A stretch of DNA of 20,267 bases, taken from Candidatus Nanohalobium sp. (GTDB lineage Archaea; Nanohalarchaeota; Nanosalinia; Nanosalinales; Nanosalinaceae). The first letter of the stretch is position 1. Every line of letters begins with the position of its first letter. The position numbers and the translations under genes are program-made. The stretch spans positions 23,409 to 43,675 of the forward strand of contig JBDGTY010000026.1 of assembly GCA_042216335.1 (NCBI GenBank), written 5' to 3'. Shown one piece after another: positions 8,071-16,832 of the stretch. The notes beneath the pieces were generated by a model that did no database searches, had not been told where the DNA came from, and saw only the letters and a program-made list of their open reading frames with translations.

Positions 8071-9333
8071 ATGAGTTCTAAGGATAAGATGAAGGAGATG
8101 CGTCAAAAGTCCCAGGAAAGAAGGATGGAGAGTGCTGAGGAATTCTCCGACAAGCTTCTGGATAAACTGGGTGATAAAGTTAAAGTTGTTGCTGTCTGGG
8201 GCAGCGTTGCGAAAGGCGAGCACGGACACGACAGCGATATTGATACTCTTGTTGTTCTGGATGATACTAAGTTGCAGAAGGATGTTCCTGATGATGCGAA
8301 GAAGAAGATCAGGAAGAAGGTCACGGACCTGGCGAAGGAGACGGACGAAAGGATCACCATCCAGTACTTCCCGTTCCTGACCGAGTTCTGGGACTCCCTG
8401 CGGAAGGGAGAGCCCCTGGCCATCGAGGCAGTGCGTAACGGAGAGCCTATATACGATACAGGCATCTTCATGCCCGCTAAAAGACTCTTGGAGAGAGGTA
8501 AGATCTCAGGTACGCAGGAATCAGTGAAGAAGCGTTTGAAGCTCGGTGCCGCAGGTTACAAGAAGGCGGAGAAGACTATGCGTTCCTCCCTGCCTCACAA
8601 GCTGGAACAGGCGATGGCCAACGCTGGCCAGGCACCTATCATGCTTTCCGGTGCGAATCCTCCTCCGAAGGAGAAGGTTCCGGAAAGGCTTGAGGAGATG
8701 TTCGTGGAGAAGGATATGCTCGAGCAGGAGTTCGCTGACAAGGCCCAGGAGATCTACGACTTCGGTAAGAAGGGCGAGAAGAACCCTGAGGAAGTCACGG
8801 GCGATGAACTTGAGGAGATGATGAATAAGACTGACGACTTCGTGCGGAGGATGCACAAGCTTGTCTCCCAGATGGGAGCAAGGAAGAAGGTCAAGGGCAT
8901 CGTCGACGATTACAAGCAGTTCCTGAAGGCAAACGTCGCCGCCCTCAGAGCACAGGACATCGAACCGCCGGAGGACAAGGACGACCTGCCAGAGGTTGTC
9001 GCGGAGAACCTTGACGTCGACGAGGAGCACCTCGAGATGTTCGACCGCTGGGAGGAAGTCGTGGAAAAGGTTAAGGACAAGGATATGGACGACCTGGACG
9101 ACAAGGAGGTCTACGAACTGAAGAACGAGACCAAGGAGTTCGTCAAGAAGGTATCCAAGGAGTACCAGGAGATGCAGGAACAGGAAGAAGAGAAGGCCGA
9201 ACAGATGACACCGGACATGGACACCTCTTCAGTGGCGAAGGCCGCTGACACCGAGGACATGGTGCCTAACCTGAGGGAGAAAGCCGAGAAAGAGATCGAA
9301 GAGGAAGATGAGGAAGGGGAAGAGGAGAAGTAA
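8071..9333 (+). CDS. Pol-beta-superfamily (minimal) nucleotidyltransferase domain protein with HEPN-like/helical acidic C-terminal region
   Basis: VAVWGSVAKGEHGHDSDIDTLVVLDD is the hG[GS]x9-13DhD motif, followed by AVRNGEPIYDTG. The rest is helical and very acidic; the HEPN assignment is inference. Confidence 0.8.
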   Translation: MSSKDKMKEMRQKSQERRMESAEEFSDKLLDKLGDKVKVVAVWGSVAKGEHGHDSDIDTLVVLDDTKLQKDVPDDAKKKIRKKVTDLAKETDERITIQYFPFLTEFWDSLRKGEPLAIEAVRNGEPIYDTGIFMPAKRLLERGKISGTQESVKKRLKLGAAGYKKAEKTMRSSLPHKLEQAMANAGQAPIMLSGANPPPKEKVPERLEEMFVEKDMLEQEFADKAQEIYDFGKKGEKNPEEVTGDELEEMMNKTDDFVRRMHKLVSQMGARKKVKGIVDDYKQFLKANVAALRAQDIEPPEDKDDLPEVVAENLDVDEEHLEMFDRWEEVVEKVKDKDMDDLDDKEVYELKNETKEFVKKVSKEYQEMQEQEEEKAEQMTPDMDTSSVAKAADTEDMVPNLREKAEKEIEEEDEEGEEEK

Positions 9334-9342
9334 GTAACTGAT

Positions 9343-9358
9343 CTTTTTTCTTTTTACT
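9343..9358 (+). terminator. Oligo-T archaeal terminator
   Basis: CTTTTTTCTTTTTACT directly after the TAA at 9333. Confidence 0.55.
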
Positions 9359-9361
9359 TCT

Positions 9362-10024
9362 ATGGATGTTCCAGAAAAGCTTGAGGAGCTAGGCAGGCAG
9401 GGCTATAAAGCGGCTGATGAGCGAATCCGGTTCAGAACTGAAGAAAAGAATTACAGTGAAGAAGGATTTTTCAAATCAAAAGCCGGGCGGAACGAAAGCC
9501 GTCTCGAGTTCGCCAGAGAGTTTCCTGCCTCCGACACAGTATTCGTGGCTCCTCACGGAGGGCATATAGAGCCCTACACCGGCAGACAGGCCTACACGGC
9601 CAGCGAGGAAGCTTCGGCATCGGCATGGATTTTCGGCGGGTTCAGGAAGGACTGGGAGACAAGTTTCGAGGAGATGCATGTTCCAAGCCACAGGATCGAT
9701 CCCTCGGAAAATGAGTACCTTGAGAGCCTTCTGGACGGAGACCACGAAGAATCTGTCTCCTTCCACTGTTTCAGAGACAGCGGAGTTGAAAGCGACATCA
9801 TTCTGGGCGGCCAGGGCAGCGAGCTGAAACAGGAACTGAAGGACCAACTGGCCTCAGACTACGATGTTTCCGTAGCGGATTCCCGCCATGACAGGTACCA
9901 CGGACTCAGCGACTCGAACATCGTGAATACTCTATCGGACCAGGGCGTTCAGATAGAACAGGACTGGGAGGTACTGAGAGAAGACTGGAGAGACATCGCC
10001 GAGAAAGCAGCCAGAACAGTATGA
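9362..10024 (+). CDS. Poly-gamma-glutamate hydrolase family protein (PghP/YjqB/DUF867)
   Basis: Motifs APHGGHIEPYT, MHVPSHRIDP, SVSFHC, IILGG, YHGLSDSNIVN and GVQIEQ match the family pattern HGGxIE...HxTS...SxHG...GG...NIxN...GVQxE. Confidence 0.85.
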   Translation: MDVPEKLEELGRQGYKAADERIRFRTEEKNYSEEGFFKSKAGRNESRLEFAREFPASDTVFVAPHGGHIEPYTGRQAYTASEEASASAWIFGGFRKDWETSFEEMHVPSHRIDPSENEYLESLLDGDHEESVSFHCFRDSGVESDIILGGQGSELKQELKDQLASDYDVSVADSRHDRYHGLSDSNIVNTLSDQGVQIEQDWEVLREDWRDIAEKAARTV

Positions 10025-10067
10025 AGCACTCGAAAAGTTATACATGATCCTTTCCCAACATCCGGAT

Positions 10068-10457
10068 ATGAGACTTCTCTACATCTGCACCGGCAACAGC
10101 TTCAGAAGCCCTGTAGCCGAGGCCCTGACAAGGAAATTTCATCCAGAGATAGAGGTCGAGTCAGCAGGAACAGATGCAGTCGGTCGTGTAGCAGAGAACG
10201 CGGAAAGGATGCTTGAGGAGGACGAAGCCAGGAAATATGTCAAGCCTTCCCCAGACCAGGTTTCACAGAGAGCAGTGGATGAAGCGGATAAAGTGGTTTG
10301 CATGATGCCAGAACACAGGGAGTTCATCGAGAAGAACTTCGATGTAGAGGAAGAAAGGTTAGAAGTCTGGAATATTCAGGATCCGATTAATCCCGGAGTT
10401 TCACCACAGGCAGCTTACAGGAAGATCAAGGATAAAATCAGAAATCTAAATGAGTAA
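10068..10457 (+). CDS. Low-molecular-weight phosphotyrosine phosphatase / ArsC-fold protein
   Basis: P-loop CTGNSFRS (CX5R), ESAGT and WNIQDP. Start moved to ATG 10068 because a BRE/TATA-like GAAAAGTTATAC lies at about 10032-10043. Confidence 0.88.
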   Translation: MRLLYICTGNSFRSPVAEALTRKFHPEIEVESAGTDAVGRVAENAERMLEEDEARKYVKPSPDQVSQRAVDEADKVVCMMPEHREFIEKNFDVEEERLEVWNIQDPINPGVSPQAAYRKIKDKIRNLNE

Positions 10458-10459
10458 TC

Positions 10460-11086
10460 TTACTCTTCCTGCATCTCCTTGACCTTCTTCATCCTGAATG
10501 TCTCTTCCCTCGCCCTTTCCTGGAGCTGCTGGGATACTTCATCCAGGGCGTCGCTCATCTCGGGTATGACCTTGTGCTCCAGTGCGTTGACCCTTCTCTT
10601 CGTCTTCTCTATCTCGTTCAGAAGCTTGAGGACCTTGGTCTGTGTCTCGGCCGCGTCCACGATCTTCTCAAGAAGTTCCTCGTATTTGTCGGCGGTCGAG
10701 TCGACCCTGGAGGATGTGGAGCTTATTCCGTACTGCCTGTCAAGCACTTCTCTCCGGACCTCCTCTGACTCGATCTCCGGGACGACCACGCCCATGATGT
10801 TCTGGGCCTCTGTATCAAGACCGGTCTCCTGCTCCTCCGCGATGGCGTTAGCCCTGAGAGAATCCTCACCGTCGTAGATCTTCGCCAGCATCAGTTTGAG
10901 ACGTGCCTGACTATACAGATCGGCGAGTTCCTGGTTGACCTCCTGAGCATCGTCGATTACCTCCATGAACTCGTGTATAAGGCCGTCCCTCTTCTTCTCA
11001 AGGATCTCATGGCCGTTCTCCGCCAGTTCGATCCTCTCCTTCAAACGGAGCTCCTCACTTCTTGTAGGTTTTACGTCCTGTGCCAT
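10460..11086 (-). CDS. atpD: A/V-type ATP synthase subunit D
   Basis: VKPTRSEELRLKERIELAENGHEILEKKRDGL...NIMGVVVP...EIEKTKRRVNALEHKVIP; SD GGAGGTG. Confidence 0.96.
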   Translation of the reverse strand: MAQDVKPTRSEELRLKERIELAENGHEILEKKRDGLIHEFMEVIDDAQEVNQELADLYSQARLKLMLAKIYDGEDSLRANAIAEEQETGLDTEAQNIMGVVVPEIESEEVRREVLDRQYGISSTSSRVDSTADKYEELLEKIVDAAETQTKVLKLLNEIEKTKRRVNALEHKVIPEMSDALDEVSQQLQERAREETFRMKKVKEMQEE

Positions 11087-11430
11087 CAGTTGACACCTCC
11101 TCGTCCACTATCCTCGCTGTACCACGAGACTAGGTCTCCTTCAAAAGTTTCTTTCCTGGCATGAAGATAGTTTGCCATTTTTGTGAAAAAGTCATCGCCT
11201 TCTACCAGTTTTTCTCGGACTTCCATCTCGTAAGTTGCATTCTCATAAATCTGAATTGAGACACTGAGCCCAGCATCTCCTGATACCTCCTCTACTCGCT
11301 CAACATCTTCATATCGTTCTTCTGCTTCCAGTATCTCCCTGGCTCTGTCGGCACTGATCTCTCTTTCATGAGTATGAAGAGGAGGGAAGATACGTTCTAC
11401 AGAAGCGCTGGTGGCTGTGCCTCCTCCCAT
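11086..11430 (-). CDS. Hypothetical acidic protein located between atpB and atpD
   Basis: The ORF fills the whole B-D gap. Likely start is ATG 11430 with SD GGTGAG in the end of atpB (the track uses GTG 11439). Its stop overlaps the atpD start (TGATG). Confidence 0.7.
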   Translation of the reverse strand: MGGGTATSASVERIFPPLHTHEREISADRAREILEAEERYEDVERVEEVSGDAGLSVSIQIYENATYEMEVREKLVEGDDFFTKMANYLHARKETFEGDLVSWYSEDSGRGGVN

Positions 11431-11431
11431 T

Positions 11432-12808
11432 TTACTCACCTGTGCCCAGGTACTTTTCCTGTAGTTCGTTGTCGATCCTGGTGAGTTCTCCTTCCGGTAC
11501 TACCTCGAGCAGGTCCCAGGCGAGGTCGAGCGAGTCGTCGATATCTCTGTTCTCTCTCCATCCCTGGTCGATGAACTCGGACTCGAACTTCCGGGCGAAC
11601 TCGAGGATCTTCCTGTCCCTGTCACTCAGTGCGTCCTCTCCAACGATGGAGACGAGGTCTCTGAGGTCCTCTCCTTCGGCGTACATCGCGTACATCTGGT
11701 CGGACAGGTCCGGGTGGTCCTCTCTTGTGAATCCTTCACCGATCCCGTTGTCCTCCAGTCTGGAAAGACTTGGAAGTACATCTACAGGCGGGTTGTAGCC
11801 CTGGTTGTTGAGGTCTCTGTCAACCACGATCTGTCCCTCTGTAATATATCCTGTGAGGTCAGGGATCGGGTGTGTCTTGTCGTCGTTAGGCATCGTCAGG
11901 ATCGGGATCTGCGTCACCGAACCTTCACGGCCTTCGATAATCCCCGCGCGTTCGTAGAGCTGTGCCAGATCCGTGTACATGTATCCCGGATAACCTCTTC
12001 TACCAGGTACTTCCTCTCTTGCCGCGGAGACCTCACGGAGGGCGTTGCAGTAGTTTGTCATGTCTGTCATGATGACAAGTACTTCGTAACCTTTCTCGTA
12101 TGCAAGGTACTCTGCCGTCGTCAAAGCCATCCTCGGCGTGATAATCCTTTCCGGTGCAGGGTCGGAGGCCTTGTTCAGGAATACTACTGAGCGCTCAAGG
12201 GCTCCTGTCTCCCTGAACTCCTCGATGAACTCCTGGGACTCTTCCTCCGTGATTCCCATTCCTGCGAATACTACTGCGAACTCCTCATCATCGCCCTGGA
12301 TATCCGCCTGACGGGCGATCTGCATTGAGAGTTCGTTGTGCGGAAGACCTGAACCTGAGAAGATCGGCAGCTTCTGCCCACGGACCAGTGTGTTCATTAC
12401 GTCGATGCTGGAGATACCTGTCTGGATGAAATCCTCAGGAAGCTCTCTCGAGTATGGATTGATGGCCTCTCCTATGATGTCCCTTTCCTCGTCCGGGATG
12501 ATCTCCGGGCCGTCGTCTATAGGATTCCCAGTACCGTCGAGAATCCTTCCGAGAAGGTCTTCCGTCACCGGCATCTTGACGTTCTGATCGAGGAAGCGTA
12601 CCTTTGCGTCTCTACCGACTCCGGTAGTCTCCTCGTAAAGCTGGATAATAACGACATCCTTCGAGGTCTCAAGGACCTCTCCTCTCTTGACTTCGCCGTC
12701 CGGAGTCTCAACCTCTACAATGTCTCCATAGGCGATGTCTTCGGTTTTCTCCACGAAAACAAGTGGGTCCTTAACTTCGTTGATCGTCTGGTATTCTTGT
12801 TGTGTCAT
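11432..12808 (-). CDS. atpB: A/V-type ATP synthase subunit B
   Basis: [68 protein letters not shown]. Confidence 0.98.
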   Translation of the reverse strand: MTQQEYQTINEVKDPLVFVEKTEDIAYGDIVEVETPDGEVKRGEVLETSKDVVIIQLYEETTGVGRDAKVRFLDQNVKMPVTEDLLGRILDGTGNPIDDGPEIIPDEERDIIGEAINPYSRELPEDFIQTGISSIDVMNTLVRGQKLPIFSGSGLPHNELSMQIARQADIQGDDEEFAVVFAGMGITEEESQEFIEEFRETGALERSVVFLNKASDPAPERIITPRMALTTAEYLAYEKGYEVLVIMTDMTNYCNALREVSAAREEVPGRRGYPGYMYTDLAQLYERAGIIEGREGSVTQIPILTMPNDDKTHPIPDLTGYITEGQIVVDRDLNNQGYNPPVDVLPSLSRLEDNGIGEGFTREDHPDLSDQMYAMYAEGEDLRDLVSIVGEDALSDRDRKILEFARKFESEFIDQGWRENRDIDDSLDLAWDLLEVVPEGELTRIDNELQEKYLGTGE

Positions 12809-12820
12809 TCTTAACCACCT

Positions 12821-14548
12821 CTACTGCTCGACTACCTCTTCGAACTCGTCTTGCATCTGCTTTTGAATCTCCTGCTTGAGTTCGAGGTAGTCCTCCGAGG
12901 TCTGGAGTTCTGCGATCCGGTTCTTGGAGTCGAGCGCGATGATGTCTTCTACCATCGCTCCGTCTTCCAGTGCATCGTAGGCCTCGTCAGCCCACTCCAG
13001 CACGAGGTCCAGTATCTGGTAGGTTTTGTCCGGGCTGCTGTACTGGTCGACGGGGTGGAAGGCGTTCTGCTGGAGGAAGAACTTCTTGACCATCGTCGCG
13101 ACCTCCAGAGTCAGTCTTTCCCTATCAGGCAATGCGTCCTTTCCTACGAGCTGGACCGTCTCCTGGAGATCTCCGTCCTTTTGCAGGATGTCCCGGGCTC
13201 TCTGGATCTTCTCCGGCCATTCGTCCTCTACTTCCTCCTGGAAGTAGTCGGCCAGTTTCTCGCTGTATCCTGAGTAGCTGTCGTCCCAGTTGATAGCCGG
13301 AAAGTGCCTCTTCTCTGCCAGGCTGGCGTCCAGCGCCCAGAAGTTCTCAACAACTCTCAACGTGTTCTGGGTTACAGGCTCCGAGAAGTCTCCTCCCGGA
13401 GGACTAACTGCACCGATGATGGAGACTGATCCCGGGTCTTCGTCTGCGAGAGGCTGTACCCTTCCTGCCCTCTCATAGAACTCTGCAAGTCTTGAGGAGA
13501 GGTATGCCGGGTAACCTCTCTCACCGGGCATTTCTTCCAGTCTCGCTGAGACTTCACGCATAGCTTCTGCCCATCGGCTTGTCGAGTCTGCCATCAGTGC
13601 AACGTCGAGTCCCATGTCCCTGAAGTACTCTGCGATTGTTACTCCTGTGTAGATGGATGCTTCTCTTGCTGCTACAGGCATGTTTGACGTGTTTGCGATA
13701 AGTACTGTTCTGTTTATGATTTTGTCGCCTGTCTGCGGGTCTTCGAGTTCCGGGAATTCTTCCAGTACTTCTGTCATCTCGTTTCCACGTTCTCCGCATC
13801 CAATGTAGACGATGATGTCTGCGTCGGAGAACTTAGCCAGGGATTGCTGTGTAACTGTTTTCCCTGAACCAAAAGGCCCTGGGATTGCTGCTGTTCCTCC
13901 CTTCGCGATCGGGAACATGCCGTCGAGTACTCTCTGTCCTGTGATAAGTGGTACTTCCGGCCTCATCTGTTCCTCTGCAGGTCTTGCGTCTCTGATCGGC
14001 CATTCCTGCCTCATGGATATCTCTTCCCCGTCTACTACTGCGACTGTTTCGTCCACGGTGAAGCTTCCTTCCTTGATCTCCTCTACTTCGCCTCCCTCGA
14101 TGTGTGGAGGAAGCAGGACTTTATGCTCTCCATAGCTGACCTCTGTCTTTCCCAATGCTTCCCCTGCTTCTATTTCGTCTCCCTCCTCGACCAGTGGTTC
14201 GAATTCGTATTCTTTTTCAGGGTCGATTCCCGGCGCTTCCTCTCCTCTCGAGATGAAGTCTCCACTCTGTTCCTCGAGCTGTGGAAGAGGTCTCTGTAGT
14301 CCGTCGTAGATGGAGCCGAGGAGGCCTGGCCCTAGCTCTACTGAGAGAGGCTGTTCTGTGTTTTCTACTGGTTCTCCTGGTTTTACTCCTGTTGTGTCTT
14401 CGTAGACCTGGATGTAGGCTTTGTCTCCCTCAATCTGGATGACCTCGCCCATCAGGCCCTCTTTACCGACAGATACAACGTCGTACATCTGCGGTTCGAG
14501 ATCGGTCGCGACCACGACCGGCCCTGCAACTTTGTAGATTTGTCCCAT
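12821..14548 (-). CDS. atpA: A/V-type ATP synthase subunit A (catalytic), no intein
   Basis: Walker [60 protein letters not shown]; 575 aa. Confidence 0.98.
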   Translation of the reverse strand: MGQIYKVAGPVVVATDLEPQMYDVVSVGKEGLMGEVIQIEGDKAYIQVYEDTTGVKPGEPVENTEQPLSVELGPGLLGSIYDGLQRPLPQLEEQSGDFISRGEEAPGIDPEKEYEFEPLVEEGDEIEAGEALGKTEVSYGEHKVLLPPHIEGGEVEEIKEGSFTVDETVAVVDGEEISMRQEWPIRDARPAEEQMRPEVPLITGQRVLDGMFPIAKGGTAAIPGPFGSGKTVTQQSLAKFSDADIIVYIGCGERGNEMTEVLEEFPELEDPQTGDKIINRTVLIANTSNMPVAAREASIYTGVTIAEYFRDMGLDVALMADSTSRWAEAMREVSARLEEMPGERGYPAYLSSRLAEFYERAGRVQPLADEDPGSVSIIGAVSPPGGDFSEPVTQNTLRVVENFWALDASLAEKRHFPAINWDDSYSGYSEKLADYFQEEVEDEWPEKIQRARDILQKDGDLQETVQLVGKDALPDRERLTLEVATMVKKFFLQQNAFHPVDQYSSPDKTYQILDLVLEWADEAYDALEDGAMVEDIIALDSKNRIAELQTSEDYLELKQEIQKQMQDEFEEVVEQ

Positions 14549-14600
14549 TCAAAAATCGCCTCCGCGATTTTCTGCAATCCGAGAAAATCCTTGATTTTCG
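14546..14600 (-). promoter_or_regulatory. Two-hairpin cis-regulatory RNA element, copy 1 (atpA leader)
   Basis: mRNA GAAAAUC-AAG-GAUUUUC-UCGGAUUGCAG-AAAAUCGC-GGAG-GCGAUUUU-UGA-AUG; 43/55 ungapped identity to 16830-16884. Confidence 0.75.
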
Positions 14601-14635
14601 GAAGCGTCTGTCTGCTGAAGATCTGCTTGTGCCAT
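14549..14635 (-). CDS. Putative leader peptide/uORF before atpA (28 aa, MAQADLQQTDASENQGFSRIAENRGGDF)
   Basis: SD AGGTGA at 14646-14651, ATG at 14635, and TGA at 14549-14551 directly abutting the atpA ATG in frame. Confidence 0.55.
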   Translation of the reverse strand: MAQADLQQTDASENQGFSRIAENRGGDF

Positions 14636-14672
14636 TTTTAATTTGTCACCTATAGTATGAATTTCCGAGCGG

Positions 14673-14981
14673 TCACGTGATGTCCGCTCCGATTGCTTTC
14701 TTGATTTTCTCCTGGAGCCGCTCGCTCTCTGCTGTCTCGCTGAGCGCCACAACTACAGGTTCGACCGAGTCTTCTACCTGATTACGGGTTCTTTTCGGAA
14801 GTTGTTCGAGGTCCGTTTCCTCTGCGACCAGGATCCCGATGTCGTCCCTTTCGACCAGTTCCAGGATCTTTTCCTCGTAGTTCTCCGGGTTGAAAGTTTT
14901 CTGGACTCCTGCCAGTTTGAATCCAAGCGTGAATTCCTCGTCACCGATAATCGCTATCTCTTTTTTCTTTTCTTCATTCAT
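14673..14981 (-). CDS. atpF: A/V-type ATP synthase subunit F
   Basis: EIAIIGDEEFTLGFKLAGV...DIGILV...IKKAIGADI; position between C and A. Confidence 0.95.
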   Translation of the reverse strand: MNEEKKKEIAIIGDEEFTLGFKLAGVQKTFNPENYEEKILELVERDDIGILVAEETDLEQLPKRTRNQVEDSVEPVVVALSETAESERLQEKIKKAIGADIT

Positions 14982-14991
14982 CTTCCTTCAC

Positions 14992-15987
14992 CTAGTTCGG
15001 AAGCACGAGTTGCTTCCTGATCGTGTCCTGATTTTGAATTCCTGTCTCCTTCGCCCTGAGAAGCATCCTCAGGTTCTTGACCTCGGTCATCTTCGCCACC
15101 ACGTATCCGAGGATGGAGGAAAGACTTAGGGGCTGCGTGTGGAGCATCCTCAGTGCGTTCTCCAGTCTGTGGACCTCAATCGCGTGCTCGACAGATTCGA
15201 TCTGTGGCTCTACCTCGAGACCCAGTTCGGAGATAACGTACTCCAGAGCATCCTCAAAGTCTCTGTTAATGACTTCCTCGACTTTTCTTCCGTTCTTCGA
15301 GGTCAGCAGTCTTTTCTCTATCTCGTCCTGTGGTATTTCGTATCTCTTCATCCTCAGCGCCATTTTCAGGTTTTCGTATTCGACTTCCTCAGCAACGAAG
15401 TCGCCCAGCGCCCCGTTTCCTACTTCTCTTGAAAGGGCGGTAAGTTCGTCGTAGTAGGCCTGGTCGAGGCCTGACTCGATCTCTGCTAGCGTCTCAGCAC
15501 CCTTGATGTACTCCTGATAGTCTACTTTTGAGTCTCTGAAAACTATAGCATCTTTTACCTGTTCAAACTCCATATCCTTCAGCTCCTCCAGTTTCTCCGG
15601 GCTGATACCGCCGACCGGTACAAGGAACTCTTCGAAGCTTTCCTTACCGGATTTCTTGGCTCGAAGTATCCTTTTCAGCGTAAGCACATCGTACTTCCTC
15701 AAGTATGTCTCTATAACTGTTTCAAGCTTTCCATCTGCCATCTCGACAAGATCTGACATCTCACGTGCCAGATTCTTAGCCAACGCCAGCTCAGCCAGCT
15801 GTACACCGTCGTACATAGATCCAAGCTTGTTGATATCCTCTTTATAGGCTCCTTCCTCCATCTTCCTGGAGATCTCATTCGGTCCCATCTTCAGAAAGTT
15901 CTCGTAGTCCGATGAGTCGTACAGCTTCGCCCTCTTTGCTGATACACGGGCGTACATGTAGGGATAGTCCTTCTGGATTTTAATCAT
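14992..15987 (-). CDS. atpC: A/V-type ATP synthase subunit C
   Basis: YPYMYARVSAKRAKL N-terminus, C-terminal GYVVAKMTEVKNLRMLLRAK, 331 aa, operon position. Confidence 0.93.
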   Translation of the reverse strand: MIKIQKDYPYMYARVSAKRAKLYDSSDYENFLKMGPNEISRKMEEGAYKEDINKLGSMYDGVQLAELALAKNLAREMSDLVEMADGKLETVIETYLRKYDVLTLKRILRAKKSGKESFEEFLVPVGGISPEKLEELKDMEFEQVKDAIVFRDSKVDYQEYIKGAETLAEIESGLDQAYYDELTALSREVGNGALGDFVAEEVEYENLKMALRMKRYEIPQDEIEKRLLTSKNGRKVEEVINRDFEDALEYVISELGLEVEPQIESVEHAIEVHRLENALRMLHTQPLSLSSILGYVVAKMTEVKNLRMLLRAKETGIQNQDTIRKQLVLPN

Positions 15988-16538
15988 TCCTCCACCTCGC
16001 CGAAGAGTTTGTCGGCTACTTCCTTCCTGAAGCGTGATTTCATGTCATCGATGATCTTGTCGACAGAGTAGTTCTTGCTTCTCTCTTCGTCTTCGGATAC
16101 AAGGATGAAGCCTTCGACATCTTTCTGCTCGAAGTCGACCTTCCTCTCATCTACTGCCTCTTTATACTCTTCAGCAGCCTGCACTTTTGCTACATCGAAC
16201 TCTGCCTCTTCCACAGCTTCTCTCACAAGTTTCTTTTTCTCATCGGTTGCAAGGTTCTGTATCTCTTCCTTGAAGTTCCGGAAGGCTTCCTGGATCTTCT
16301 CCTGCTTAGCGGCCAGTTTTTCCTGCCTGGCTTCCATCCTTGCGTTAGATACGACTTTCTTCCTCTCCGCTTCTTTTTCTTCCTCTATCTCTTCTCTTGC
16401 GTTTTCCTTGATTTCTTCTGCTTCTTCCTCTGCTTCTTCGAGGATTTCATTTGCTTCTCTCTGTGCTTCTTCCTCTATACTGTTTGCTTTTTCCCGTGCT
16501 TCCCTGAGGATGTCGTTTTTCACGTCTTGTAGTGCCAT
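15984..16538 (-). CDS. atpE: A/V-type ATP synthase subunit E
   Basis: MALQDVKNDILREA..., N-terminal charged coiled coil, C-terminal GFILVSED...NYSVD...EVADKLF; operon position. Confidence 0.92.
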   Translation of the reverse strand: MALQDVKNDILREAREKANSIEEEAQREANEILEEAEEEAEEIKENAREEIEEEKEAERKKVVSNARMEARQEKLAAKQEKIQEAFRNFKEEIQNLATDEKKKLVREAVEEAEFDVAKVQAAEEYKEAVDERKVDFEQKDVEGFILVSEDEERSKNYSVDKIIDDMKSRFRKEVADKLFGEVEE

Positions 16539-16575
16539 AATATCGTTTTCACGCCTTGATGTGTAGTATGTAGGA

Positions 16576-16597
16576 AAGGAGCCGTTGCCGGCTCCCT
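16576..16597 (-). terminator. GC-rich GNRA-capped hairpin between atpK and atpE (terminator/stabiliser-like)
   Basis: mRNA AG-GGAGCCG-GCAA-CGGCUCC-UUUCC: 7-bp perfect stem extendable to 9 bp, GCAA tetraloop, short U tract. Confidence 0.6.
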
Positions 16598-16610
16598 GTG
16601 AAAGTTTTTC

Positions 16611-16832
16611 TTAGATGAATCCCAGTGCAACCAGTGAGACAACCAGTCCGAAGATAATGATGGTCTCCGGGATAGCTGTCAAAATCAGGACGTTACCGAA
16701 TAGGCTGTCGTCTTCTGCGAGCGCTCCGACGCCAGCACTACCGATTTTGGCCTGTGCATAGGCCGTTCCGATAGCTGCGAAAGCTATCGCGATTCCTGCA
16801 CCGATTGATGGGAAAGCTCCGATTCCTGCCAT
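16611..16832 (-). CDS. atpK: A/V-type ATP synthase subunit K (proteolipid c), single hairpin
   Basis: 73 aa with two hydrophobic helices, AIGTAYAQAKIGSAGVGALAE and the catalytic Glu in AIPETIIIFG. Confidence 0.95.
   Translation of the reverse strand: MAGIGAFPSIGAGIAIAFAAIGTAYAQAKIGSAGVGALAEDDSLFGNVLILTAIPETIIIFGLVVSLVALGFI

Noticed and set aside
10044-10457. Arsenate reductase (arsC) call and 10044 start
   Set aside because: The resolving Cys pair of thioredoxin-coupled ArsC is not evident and no ars genes are nearby. ATG 10044 sits against the TATA-like box.
12821-14548. Intein in atpA (a common archaeal insertion site)
   Set aside because: Normal length and a continuous [16 protein letters not shown] motif.
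14636-14752. 5' part of the 67-aa track ORF 14549-14752
   Set aside because: It overlaps atpF out of frame. Only the part from ATG 14635, which has its own SD, is credible.
16300-16520. Pyrimidine-rich low-complexity repeats in atpE (and atpH)
   Set aside because: Explained by Glu/Ala/Lys-rich coiled-coil coding on the minus strand.
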